DNA of 64,000 bases. Origin: a bacterium (GTDB lineage Bacteria > UBA8248). Positions 27,387 to 36,592 of the stretch are shown in pieces; position 1 is the stretch's first letter, and every line of letters starts with the position of its first letter. The notes beneath the pieces were generated by a model that was given only the letters and a program-made list of their open reading frames with translations, ran no database searches and was not told the DNA's origin. The stretch spans positions 3,264,001 through 3,328,000 of the forward strand of contig CBDBZU010000004.1 in NCBI GenBank assembly GCA_965213625.1, given 5' to 3'. A program made the translations under genes and the position numbers.

Positions 27387-28670
27387 ATGTACACTGCGCG
27401 CATCAGAATGCCCCGCATGGGAACCAGCGTGCACGAGAGCACCGTGGTCGCCTGGAAGAAGGCGGTGGGCGATACGGTGGCGAAGGGCGAGGTGCTGCTT
27501 TCGGCGGAGAGCGACAAGGTGGAGTTCGAAGTCGAGGCTCCTGCCGACGGCGTGATCACCGAGATATTGGCGGAAGCGGAAGAGACGGTGCCCGTCGGTG
27601 AAATACTCGCGACCATGGAGACAGCAACCGAGGTCGCCGACGAAACGCCCGAACCGGAAGTAACAGAACCGGCCGTGAGCGACTGGGCGGCCCCTGTGGC
27701 GCCGTTGCAACCCAGGGAAAAACCCGTCATCCCGGCGGCACGCGTGGTAAAAGCACCCCGTCCATCAACTGAGGGGAAAGCCTGGCTCTCTCCGCGCGTT
27801 CAGAGCCTTGCCGCCGCGCACGGGGTCGGGCTGGACGTAGTCGCAGGAATCGAGGGCACGGGAACGGGCGGACGTGTTACCGCGCGCGACGTAGAGGCCT
27901 TCATCGCGGGCGGCGGCGCGCCGCCCAGAATCGAGATGTCGACGAAACCGCTCAGCGATAACATGGATGAGCGCGTGGAACACCTCAGCAGGGTCAGAAA
28001 GCGAATCGCTGAAAACCTCACCCGTTCGGTGCGCGAGATACCCCAGGTCACCAGTTGGCTTGAGGTGGACATGAGCAGCGTTTCGGCCTTTCGGGACGCG
28101 AACAAAGAGGCGTTTCGCGAAAAACACGGCGTAAACCTCACCTACACGCCCTTTTTCATCATGGCGCTCGTCCACGCGCTCAGAAACGAGGGCAACGAGC
28201 GCTTTAACGCCACGTTTGAAGACGATGCCCTCATCATCAGGCGCTACCTGAACTTAAGCGTCGCCGTGGACTCCCCGGGCGGCCTCGTGGTTCCCGTCTT
28301 GAAATCGGCGGACTCCATGAACCTGGTGGAACTCTCGGCCAGGCTCGACGATCTGGGAACCCGCGCTCGTGAGAGCGCGCTCACGCCCGAAGACGTCCGG
28401 GGCGGGACGCTCACGCTCACCAATTTCGGCGCCTCTGGCGCGCTGGGTGGTAACCCCATCATCAACCCGCCCGAGGTGGCCATCATCGGAACGGGGGCCA
28501 TCGCGCCGCGCCCCGTGGCGCTGCCGGGCGGAACAGTCTCCGTGCGGCCCGTCATGATCCTGGCGATCACCTTCGATCACCGCGTGAACGACGGCATGGC
28601 GGCGGGCAGGTTTATTTCCGACGTCCGCGCTGCGCTCGAGAACATGGACTTTTCCCATTTGGAGTATTGA
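27387..28670 (+). CDS. Dihydrolipoamide acyltransferase E2
   Basis: Lipoyl ESDKV, E3-binding GTGTGGRVT..D, catalytic DHRVNDG. Confidence 0.93.
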   Translation: MYTARIRMPRMGTSVHESTVVAWKKAVGDTVAKGEVLLSAESDKVEFEVEAPADGVITEILAEAEETVPVGEILATMETATEVADETPEPEVTEPAVSDWAAPVAPLQPREKPVIPAARVVKAPRPSTEGKAWLSPRVQSLAAAHGVGLDVVAGIEGTGTGGRVTARDVEAFIAGGGAPPRIEMSTKPLSDNMDERVEHLSRVRKRIAENLTRSVREIPQVTSWLEVDMSSVSAFRDANKEAFREKHGVNLTYTPFFIMALVHALRNEGNERFNATFEDDALIIRRYLNLSVAVDSPGGLVVPVLKSADSMNLVELSARLDDLGTRARESALTPEDVRGGTLTLTNFGASGALGGNPIINPPEVAIIGTGAIAPRPVALPGGTVSVRPVMILAITFDHRVNDGMAAGRFISDVRAALENMDFSHLEY

Positions 28671-28741
28671 ATACGGGAATCACATAACCCTTCTTCCTTT
28701 GCTACCAGCAAGCGAACAAGACACAAGGAGCAAGAAACCTC

Positions 28742-29656
28742 ATGGCCAGACCAGACATCGACACCCCCTTGCGCTCCATGCTCTTCATCCCCGGTTCGAG
28801 CGAGAAGATGGTGGGGAAAGGTCCCACCATCGAGGCGGACGCTGCCCTGTTCGATCTCGAGGATTCCGTCGCCCCCCAGATGAAGGAAGCGGCGCGCGAA
28901 CTCGTGCGCTCAGGCATCGCGGAAACGAGCAGCGCGCCCGGCGGCCCATCCACCATCCTCGTACGCGTAAACGACGTGGAATCGGGCATGCTGGATGAGG
29001 ACATCGACGCCATCGCGGTCGAAGGGCTCGACGGTATCTTCCTGCCGAAACCGGAGAGCGCGGCGGACGTGAGAACAGCCGATGCGATTTTATCGAAATA
29101 CGAGCGTGAGCGCGGCCTGGAGGAAGGCGGGGTCGGCATCATCGCCCAGATAGAGAGCGCCTCGGGCGTCGTGCATTGCTACGACATCTGCAAGGCGGCG
29201 GATCGCGTTGTGGGCGTGAACTTGGGCAGTGCTGAGGATGCGGACCTCTGCCGCAGCCTGGGGGCCACCTGGACGGAAGACGGAACCACGCTCCTCTACA
29301 CGCGGAGCAAGGTGCTCGTCGAGGCGCGCGCAGCAGCCTTGCCCCACCCCACCGACGGCGTCTACATGCGTTTACAGGACGACGACGGCTGCCGCGCGGA
29401 CGCGGAGTTCGCCAAAAAACTCGGCTATACCGGCAAGGCGGCCATTCACCCGAGGCAGGTACCCATTTTCAACGACGTCTACTCGCCGAGCGAGGAGGAG
29501 ATCTCCTACTACACCGAGATGGCCGAAGCCTACCGCGAGGGCGAGGCGCAGGGTCTCGGCGCGGTTTCCTTCCAGGGGAAGATGATCGATATCGCCATGG
29601 TCAAGCATGCGGATAACGTGCTCGCGCGCGCCCGCGCCATCGCCGAAAAAGCATAG
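28742..29656 (+). CDS. HpcH/HpaI-CitE family CoA-ester lyase
   Basis: RSMLFIPG, DLEDSV, VRVN, LPK, IESA.G, GK.AIHP.Q, GKMID. Confidence 0.9.
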   Translation: MARPDIDTPLRSMLFIPGSSEKMVGKGPTIEADAALFDLEDSVAPQMKEAARELVRSGIAETSSAPGGPSTILVRVNDVESGMLDEDIDAIAVEGLDGIFLPKPESAADVRTADAILSKYERERGLEEGGVGIIAQIESASGVVHCYDICKAADRVVGVNLGSAEDADLCRSLGATWTEDGTTLLYTRSKVLVEARAAALPHPTDGVYMRLQDDDGCRADAEFAKKLGYTGKAAIHPRQVPIFNDVYSPSEEEISYYTEMAEAYREGEAQGLGAVSFQGKMIDIAMVKHADNVLARARAIAEKA

Positions 29657-29666
29657 GCTTAAGCAA

Positions 29667-30692
29667 ATGGCGGATCCATCAGACCTTATCGAACATTTTT
29701 TCGCGCAGCCCTGGTCCGACGGCCTGCCCGTCGTCGTCCCGACCGAAGAGCGCTTATCCACAATGCTAGCGAACCACGCGCCCGATGCGCTCATCGGCCA
29801 TGTGCCGCCAGCGAACCATCCCGCGACTACCGAGGCCGTGGCAATTCACGCCGTCATGGCGGGTTGTAAGCCAGAATATTTTCCGGCGCTGTTATGCGCG
29901 CTCTCCTGCATTCTGGACCCAAGCTTCAACATGAACGGTATCCAGGCCACGATGAACCCCGCCGGCCCCCTCATCGTCATGAACGGCCCCTACCCCCGCG
30001 AAATCGGCGTACACGGCGGTACGGGCTGCCTGGGACCGGGTTTCCGGGCGAACGCGACCATCGGCCGCGCGCTACGACTCATGCTCCTGAACCTGGGTGG
30101 GGGGATTCCCGGCGTGGTGGATATGAGCACGTTCGGCAGCCCGAGCAAATTCGCCTACTGCCTGCGCGAGAACGAGGAAATCAGCCCCTGGCCCTCACTG
30201 GCCGTAGAACGCGGATTCGCGAAGGATGAGAACGTCGTCACCGCCTGTGCGGGGGAAGGTCCGCGCGTCGCGCTCGATGATTCGAGCGATCATCTCGACG
30301 GCGTGCTCACCACGATTGCGAGCACCATCTCCACCATGGGCACGCGCCACGCCTACTCGCCCGTTGGCCTCACGGTCATCATGGGGCCGGAACACGCCCA
30401 GCTTCTCGCCGACCACGGCTTCAGCCGGGACGACGCCAAACAAGGCCTCGTCGAGCGAGCTCAGCTGCCCGTAGGGCTGCTAAAGCGCGGCGGACGCTAT
30501 CGTGGTAAAGATAAAAGCGAATGGCCCGATTGGGTGGATCACGACGACGATGACTGCATGGCGCCCATGATCCGAAAACCCGAAGACGTGACCCTCTTGG
30601 TGGCCGGCGGCCTGCCCGGGCCGTCCTCGTTCATTATCCCGGGATGGAACAACACCAACCGGCCCGTCTCCAAGTCGTTCGTGGTGGTGTAG
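29667..30692 (+). CDS. Conserved hypothetical protein (WSDGLPV.PT family, often adjacent to UGSC-type redoxins)
   Basis: WSDGLPVVVPTEER, AIHAVMAGCKPEY, GPGFRANATIGRALRL, ENEE.SPW. Confidence 0.75.
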   Translation: MADPSDLIEHFFAQPWSDGLPVVVPTEERLSTMLANHAPDALIGHVPPANHPATTEAVAIHAVMAGCKPEYFPALLCALSCILDPSFNMNGIQATMNPAGPLIVMNGPYPREIGVHGGTGCLGPGFRANATIGRALRLMLLNLGGGIPGVVDMSTFGSPSKFAYCLRENEEISPWPSLAVERGFAKDENVVTACAGEGPRVALDDSSDHLDGVLTTIASTISTMGTRHAYSPVGLTVIMGPEHAQLLADHGFSRDDAKQGLVERAQLPVGLLKRGGRYRGKDKSEWPDWVDHDDDDCMAPMIRKPEDVTLLVAGGLPGPSSFIIPGWNNTNRPVSKSFVVV

Positions 30693-30724
30693 CCGGGAGG
30701 CTCACTTAAACTGCGCATGCCCCC

Positions 30725-32257
30725 CTAACACCCGTAGGCCTTGCCCTCCTGGGGAGTGAGACGCTTCCAGGCCATCGCCAGTTCGGCGAGAATCCGCACG
30801 CCCACGCCGGTGCCCCCCTCGGGGCGGTAGGCCTCGTCCTTGCCGGTGTGTGAGGGTCCCGCAATATCGAGATGCACCCAGGGCGTCTCGTCGGCGAAGT
30901 GCTGCAAGAACGCCGCGGCGGTGTTCGCGCCACCCCACCGCGCCCCCGAGATGTTGCACATATCGGCTATCTTGCCCTTCATCGCCTCACCGTATTCCGG
31001 GAACAGCGGCATGTGCCAGACGCGGTCGCCCGTACGCTCACCCAGGTCGCGCACGCGCTCCAGCAACTCATCGTGCGTGCCGTACATGCCTGTCACCTTC
31101 TGGCCCAGCGCCACCATGCACGCGCCCGTGAGCGTGGCGAGGTCGATCATGCACTGGGGCTTGTATTTCTCGTGCGTATAGTGGAGCGCATCGGCGAGTA
31201 CGAGCCTGCCCTCGGCGTCGGTGTTGTGGATTTCAATCGTCGTTCCCTTCATGGAGCGCACTATGTCGCCGGGCCGCGTGGCATCGCCGTCCACCATGTT
31301 CTCCACGAGGCCCGTCACGCCGATTACCGGCACGCGGGGCTTTGCGCGTGCGACGGCGAGCATCGCCCCCAGGACGGCGGCGGCGCCGCTCATGTCGGTC
31401 GTCATGAGCTCCATCCCGCTGCTCGGCTTGATGGATATGCCGCCCGTGTCGAACGTCACCCCCTTGCCGACGAAGGCGATGGGTTTCTGGCTTCTGGCAC
31501 CCTGTGGCCTGTACTCGAGAATGACCATGCGGGGCGGCTCGCTGCTGCCACGGTTCACGGAGAGAAGCGCGCCCATCTTCTGCCTCGCCATCTGCTTTTC
31601 ATCGAGTATCCGGCACCTCAAGCCCTCGCGCCTGGCCATCGCGCGCGCCATATCGGCCAGCGCGGGCGGACGCTTCTCGTTGCTGGGCGTGTTGATGAGG
31701 TCGCGCGCAAAGTTCGTCCCCTCGCAGAGCGCGCGCCCGTAGCGCACGCCGCGCCGCATCGCGCTCAAGTTCTTGGCAGGCCCCCCGCAGAGAATGACGC
31801 GCGATATCTCGGTTTTCTCATCCTCATCCGCACTCTTGTATTTATCCATCCGGTAGAGACCGAGTCCCACGCCCTCGACTATCGCTTGGGCCGCCTCGCG
31901 AGCTTCGAGACCATCTCCGGTCGTGGAGGACGCCGAAACGGAGACGCTCTCAAGGCCTTCTGAGCGCGCACGCTTGACCGCCTGAGCGCTGGCGCAGCGA
32001 ACCGATTCGGGCGACACATCATCGCCCAGACCTGCAAGAATCACGAATTTGGGCGCTCCGCCTCCCTCGGGCACGGGCAGAACCGAGACTTGCCCCTCTT
32101 TTCCCTCGAACACCTTGCGCTCGCGCAAGGAGGCCAGGGCGCCACCCAGAATTTTTTCGAGTTGTTCGTTTTTCTCATCTTTCGCCATGAGGCAAACCAG
32201 GGCGTCCGTCCCCTGGTCGAAACCCTCACCGCCCACAACGGAGAACCGCATAACCAT
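30725..32257 (-). CDS. pepA: Leucyl aminopeptidase (M17)
   Basis: GKGVTFDTGGISIK, DMSGAA, NTDAEGRL, ATLTGA, WVHLDIAG. Confidence 0.96.
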   Translation of the reverse strand: MVMRFSVVGGEGFDQGTDALVCLMAKDEKNEQLEKILGGALASLRERKVFEGKEGQVSVLPVPEGGGAPKFVILAGLGDDVSPESVRCASAQAVKRARSEGLESVSVSASSTTGDGLEAREAAQAIVEGVGLGLYRMDKYKSADEDEKTEISRVILCGGPAKNLSAMRRGVRYGRALCEGTNFARDLINTPSNEKRPPALADMARAMARREGLRCRILDEKQMARQKMGALLSVNRGSSEPPRMVILEYRPQGARSQKPIAFVGKGVTFDTGGISIKPSSGMELMTTDMSGAAAVLGAMLAVARAKPRVPVIGVTGLVENMVDGDATRPGDIVRSMKGTTIEIHNTDAEGRLVLADALHYTHEKYKPQCMIDLATLTGACMVALGQKVTGMYGTHDELLERVRDLGERTGDRVWHMPLFPEYGEAMKGKIADMCNISGARWGGANTAAAFLQHFADETPWVHLDIAGPSHTGKDEAYRPEGGTGVGVRILAELAMAWKRLTPQEGKAYGC

Positions 32258-32502
32258 CTCCTCTCCCGATAATACGTAAAGTAGAAAGCGAATGGACCAA
32301 AGTGTATCCCAGAGCGGCGCGCGCGGCTATGCAGAGCAGCCTATCCCGCCTTTTTCTCGTGAGATTGAGCGCGCGGATTGTCTTACTTTGTACCCTGCCC
32401 CTAGAATGCCCGGCAATATCGGAATCAGACGAGCGGGCCGGGCGCAACGAAGCCCTGCATGCTCAAACGATAATTTTTTCCTCTCACGCGAAGGAATACA
32501 CC

Positions 32503-32940
32503 ATGAGTTTCTATAACTGGGATATGCTCCCCTTGAGTCACGACCGCCCCGGCGTCGCGCACAGGCGGATTTTTGGCGACAACATTCAGATGCAGCACTT
32601 AATCACCGAACCGGGCGGCACGCCCTCGAAAATGCACAATCATCCCGATCACGAGGAGTTCTTCTACATCCAGGCGGGCGAGTGGGAGTTCACGCTCGAA
32701 GACGAGGTGCGGCGAATTGGGCCGGGCGATGTGGTGCACGTCAAGGCGGGCGCGATGCACACGTTGAAATTGGTGAGCGAAGAGCCGGGAATGGCGCTCG
32801 AGGTGTTCTACCCGATGTGGAACCCGGAACTCGCCGGTGACAAGGAGGATTTCACGATAGACGCCATCAAGAGCCGCATGGAGTTCGCCGAAGAGCCAGA
32901 CGAAATGAACCGGGGCCGCCCACCGGGACACGAGGAATAA
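32503..32940 (+). CDS. Cupin domain protein
   Basis: HNHPDHEEFFYI..G and GD......GAMH motifs. Confidence 0.88.
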   Translation: MSFYNWDMLPLSHDRPGVAHRRIFGDNIQMQHLITEPGGTPSKMHNHPDHEEFFYIQAGEWEFTLEDEVRRIGPGDVVHVKAGAMHTLKLVSEEPGMALEVFYPMWNPELAGDKEDFTIDAIKSRMEFAEEPDEMNRGRPPGHEE

Positions 32941-32987
32941 CGGGAGAGCCGCCTTTTCCTGGGAGGCGGATTTTCGGAATTTCGCAC

Positions 32988-33028
32988 AAAAAAAACAGGC
33001 GGCGCCCGTCGACGCCGCCTGCTGTTTT
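32988..33028. terminator. Bidirectional intrinsic terminator
   Basis: A-tract, CAGGCGGCG-loop-CGCCGCCTG, then TGTTTT. Confidence 0.8.
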
Positions 33029-33073
33029 CGAATTTCCCTCAATGTTCCGTTTCAGGTAACACCAAGGGTCAGC

Positions 33074-33169
33074 TTAGGGTTTTTTCAGAACCCTCTTCCG
33101 GTGGTGAGCCGTTTTCAGCACCCTCCGGAGAGATGTGTTGTAGGCGGTTACTATCAAGTTCCTTACCAT
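33074..33169 (-). CDS. Putative 31-aa basic small protein MVRNLIVTAYNTSLRRVLKTAHHRKRVLKKP (or ORF inside a structured sRNA)
   Basis: AGGAGGG RBS 5 nt before ATG; own promoter and terminator; below the ORF-track size cutoff. Confidence 0.5.
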   Translation of the reverse strand: MVRNLIVTAYNTSLRRVLKTAHHRKRVLKKP

Positions 33170-33218
33170 GACAGCCCTCCTCTTGCTACTCGTTACTACT
33201 CGCTGTTTGTACTCTCAA

Positions 33219-33247
33219 ATCCTAGCAAAGGGCCCGAATCGTGTCAA
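33219..33247 (-). promoter_or_regulatory. Near-consensus sigma70 promoter
   Basis: TTGACA-17bp-TAGGAT with extended -10 TG. Confidence 0.75.
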
Positions 33248-33360
33248 GAATTTTTTATCCTCAAAAGCGCCGGAAAATATCAGCTCCACATATTTCAACA
33301 CTTTATCCGCAAAAATTCATGGGCGACTCACCTGCTCTCCTGGCTCGACGCGCCCGTCAC

Positions 33361-34467
33361 TTACGCCTCGATGATGGCGGAGACCACCCCTCCGCCCACG
33401 GGTCCCTGATGGAACACGAGGCCGGCCGAGACGTATACCGCCGGGTCCTGCACCACCGAGGCGATGACGGCGTTCGCCACGGCGCGCACGGGCCGCGTGC
33501 CCAGAACCGAATCCGTAAGCAGCGTGACCCGCTTACCCAGAAGCCTGCCGTCCCAGGGAGCGCCCGCCTTTGCAAACGCGTGCACCACCCGCTTCAATTC
33601 CTCCACACCCGGCAAGCCGTCAAAGGCCAGTCCTGCATTCTTGAGCGCCTGCCTCACGGCGTCCGCGTCGATCAGGTGCTGCATCACCGCCCGGCCGATC
33701 TTGTAGCGGCTCACGGATTGTGAGGAATTCGCCAGTACGACGACTTCAGAGCGCATGAGTTCCACGCCCGCCGAGCAGGAGATCATCTCAGAATACAGGT
33801 CGCCCCGGCTGCACACGTCCGATATCTCGAAAGACGCCCTGTCGATCTCCCCGATACCCACCGCCGCGCCCAGGGCCGAACAGCCGTTCGAGAGGCTCAT
33901 CGAGCGCGTAGTATCCGTGCTCACCACCTTCTTGCCGCGAGAGGCCGCATCGTTGATCCGGTCCGAGGTGAGCAGCGGGCATTTCACCTGCACGTAACCC
34001 ACGTCATCCAGCGAATCCACGCCCGCCTTATCGAGCGCCTCCGCCGCCGCCTCGGCCACCAAGTCCACCTGCGCCATCGTGCCCAACTCCTCGGGCAGCA
34101 GCTCTCGGGTGAAGGCGACTCCCATCGAGAGGCGCTTCTCCCCCGGGCTTTCTGCATCACCCACGTCGGTCTTGGAAATGGCCACCGCGTGGGGACTCAT
34201 GATCCCCTCGCATCCGCCCGACATCACCATCGCGCACATGCCCTGCACCTCGTCGCGGGAGAGGCCCAGCTTCTCCATCATGTAGTCCTCGAAGGAATGG
34301 AGCGCATAGGGCCTCGAATAGTCGTTCACCCGGCCGTTTCCCTCCGTCTTGGCGATGATGGCCTGAATGTCCGCCGCCTGAATGCGGCCTTCCGCCACTG
34401 CATCCGCGAGGCCCGAGACGTCCTCGGGTCCTGCCATCTGAAACTTCACCACCTGGGTATCAAACAC
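33361..34467 (-). CDS. Ring-opening cyclic amide hydrolase (cyanuric acid hydrolase/barbiturase family)
   Basis: KTEGNG.VNDYSR, MSGGCEG..SPH, VQVKCPLLT, SAGVEL, HQGP.GGG. Confidence 0.92.
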   Translation of the reverse strand: MFDTQVVKFQMAGPEDVSGLADAVAEGRIQAADIQAIIAKTEGNGRVNDYSRPYALHSFEDYMMEKLGLSRDEVQGMCAMVMSGGCEGIMSPHAVAISKTDVGDAESPGEKRLSMGVAFTRELLPEELGTMAQVDLVAEAAAEALDKAGVDSLDDVGYVQVKCPLLTSDRINDAASRGKKVVSTDTTRSMSLSNGCSALGAAVGIGEIDRASFEISDVCSRGDLYSEMISCSAGVELMRSEVVVLANSSQSVSRYKIGRAVMQHLIDADAVRQALKNAGLAFDGLPGVEELKRVVHAFAKAGAPWDGRLLGKRVTLLTDSVLGTRPVRAVANAVIASVVQDPAVYVSAGLVFHQGPVGGGVVSAIIEA

Positions 34468-34515
34468 GATTCAGTCTCCTTATTCATCAAGGGCGCCCGA
34501 TGCATGAACGCCGTG

Positions 34516-35919
34516 TCAATCTCCCGGAACCATCAAACCCGCGCGCTCGACGATGGCTGTGGAGGCCGCCTGCGCTTCCTCGCGAATCGCGCGCTCCTCA
34601 TCCTCGCTCATCTTGCTCAGGCGTCCCGCCTCCATGAGCGGCTCGCCATCCACCCAGACCCAGCGCACCTCCGTCCCGTGGGTCTGATACGCGAGAACAG
34701 AAGGCAAATGATGATTCGGGAGCATATGCGGGCCGCTCATGTCGAGCAGAATCATGTCCGCCCGCTTGCCCACCTCGATGCTCCCTGTCTCCGCTTCGAG
34801 TCCGAGCGCGCGCGCCCCATTGCGCGTGGCCATATCAAGCACCTGCTGCGCCGTGATGGCGGCGGGATCCTGATGCACCCCTTTATGGAGCAGGCAGGCG
34901 AGCCTTATCTCCCAGAACATGTTTACCAGATCGTTGCAGTTAGCGTTGTCAGTCCCCAAGGCCACGGGTATTCCGTAGCCCAGCATGCGGGGCACAGGCG
35001 ACACGCCCGAACCCAGATACATGTTGCTCGATGGGAGATGCACCACCTGAGTTCCTGATTCCTTCAAGAGCCGAATGTCCTCCTCGCTCAAGTGGATGCA
35101 GTGGCCGGCGACGAGGCGCTCCGAGAGCAGCCCCCAGGCCGCCAGGTGCTGTACGACGGGAAGACCGCCCACTTCCGATTCCATGGGGTCTTCCGATACG
35201 TGCGTGGAAACGCGGAGCCCGCGCGCTCCGGCCCATTCATCCACCTCGCGGAAGGTCTCCGGCTTCACGTAAACGGGGATGTTCGGCCCTGGCCAGACGA
35301 GAACGCGTCCCGCCGAGCGGCCGTGGTATTTATCCACCAGATGGGATGTCTCCTCGAACACCTCTTCCCTCGTCTTGAGGCTGGGCGGAAAGGTCTTGCC
35401 CCATGCGGCGATGTGGGAGTGCGCCCGCTCGGCGAGTTTTCCAGAAGGAGATATTTCGTTGAAACTCAAAGCGAAAACGCTCCGCATACCCGAATCGTCC
35501 ATGGCCTCTATCATCGCTTCGGCCAATGGGATGGGGACGCGCTCGTTCGTCACTACCGCCGTGGTGCCCGAGCGAATCGCCTCGCACGCGAAGAGTTTGA
35601 CGGAGAGCGCCGCATCCTCCGGCGTATAGGCAACCTGGCCGGGCGCCATGACGTTCAGTCGCCAGTCCATCAGCCGCCTGTCCGCGCCCAGGCCGCCGCG
35701 CAGCAGAATGCACATGATGTGGCTGTGGGCGTTCACCAACCCCGGCATGAGGGCCATTCCCTCGCCATCTACAACCTGCGCTGCGCCGGCATTAATCTTG
35801 GACTCTGAAACATCGGCGACCCGGCCATCCTCGACCAGCACGGATGCGCGAGGGATGACCTGACGCGTCTCGTCTTGCGTCAGGACGCAGGCGTTTTCGA
35901 CCACGAAACGACCCGCCAT
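34516..35919 (-). CDS. AtzA/TriA-like metal-dependent amidohydrolase
   Basis: NAHSH..ILLRGG, DW..NV..PGQ, EAIRSGTT, HVSE, GHC.H, GTDNANCND, GKRAD. Confidence 0.9.
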   Translation of the reverse strand: MAGRFVVENACVLTQDETRQVIPRASVLVEDGRVADVSESKINAGAAQVVDGEGMALMPGLVNAHSHIMCILLRGGLGADRRLMDWRLNVMAPGQVAYTPEDAALSVKLFACEAIRSGTTAVVTNERVPIPLAEAMIEAMDDSGMRSVFALSFNEISPSGKLAERAHSHIAAWGKTFPPSLKTREEVFEETSHLVDKYHGRSAGRVLVWPGPNIPVYVKPETFREVDEWAGARGLRVSTHVSEDPMESEVGGLPVVQHLAAWGLLSERLVAGHCIHLSEEDIRLLKESGTQVVHLPSSNMYLGSGVSPVPRMLGYGIPVALGTDNANCNDLVNMFWEIRLACLLHKGVHQDPAAITAQQVLDMATRNGARALGLEAETGSIEVGKRADMILLDMSGPHMLPNHHLPSVLAYQTHGTEVRWVWVDGEPLMEAGRLSKMSEDEERAIREEAQAASTAIVERAGLMVPGD

Positions 35920-36062
35920 GGGAAATCCTCCTGTTAGATGTTTCAGCAGAATACGACAATCGGGCGGATTTGAGTATCTCCGCTGTAAGCCGCGCCTTGC
36001 CAGAGAAGGAAAAGAGCATTATTAGTGTGAGAGAAAATCCGACACCTTGAGGAGAGACGCCG

Positions 36063-36458
36063 ATGTCCAAGATCAAATTCCTGCAGCATTTCAGCATCTA
36101 TTGCCGGGATTTACCGGCCATGCACAAATTCTACAACGAAATTCTGGAACTTCCCGAAATGCCCCGCCCGCACTTCCCCTTCCCGGGTTACTGGTACGAG
36201 GCGGGAACGGACCACCAGATCCATCTCGCCAAGGTGAGCGATACGCACGTGTCCCACTCAATCAGCGATAATGAGGATGGATACATGGACCACCACTTCG
36301 GGATGGTGACCGAAGATCTCGAGGGGATGAAGGAGCGGCTCAAGGCGCATGGCGTCCCGTTTCACGATGAGCCTTACGGCTACCCCCAAATTTTCTTCAG
36401 AGACCCGGAGAACAACCTGATCGAGGTCGCGTCCACCGCGATGTTCGAAATGGAGTAA
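36063..36458 (+). CDS. VOC/glyoxalase family protein
   Basis: H.SI...D.....FY..ILEL, HFG, FFRDPENNLIE. Confidence 0.9.
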   Translation: MSKIKFLQHFSIYCRDLPAMHKFYNEILELPEMPRPHFPFPGYWYEAGTDHQIHLAKVSDTHVSHSISDNEDGYMDHHFGMVTEDLEGMKERLKAHGVPFHDEPYGYPQIFFRDPENNLIEVASTAMFEME

Positions 36459-36592
36459 CCGGCGCGCGACGAGGGTGGGTGCGCACTCCGCCTTGGTCTC
36501 ACTATGTACCGGCTGTCAAGGTTGTAATTGCGGCGATGGAGCGTCATCGCTCCCCCATCGTGGCTTGTCCGATGATTTCTGGAGACAAAATC

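Noticed and set aside
32988-33215. 6S RNA or a known riboswitch
   Set aside because: No end-to-end long helix with a central bubble, no recognised aptamer consensus, and no co-oriented gene immediately downstream.
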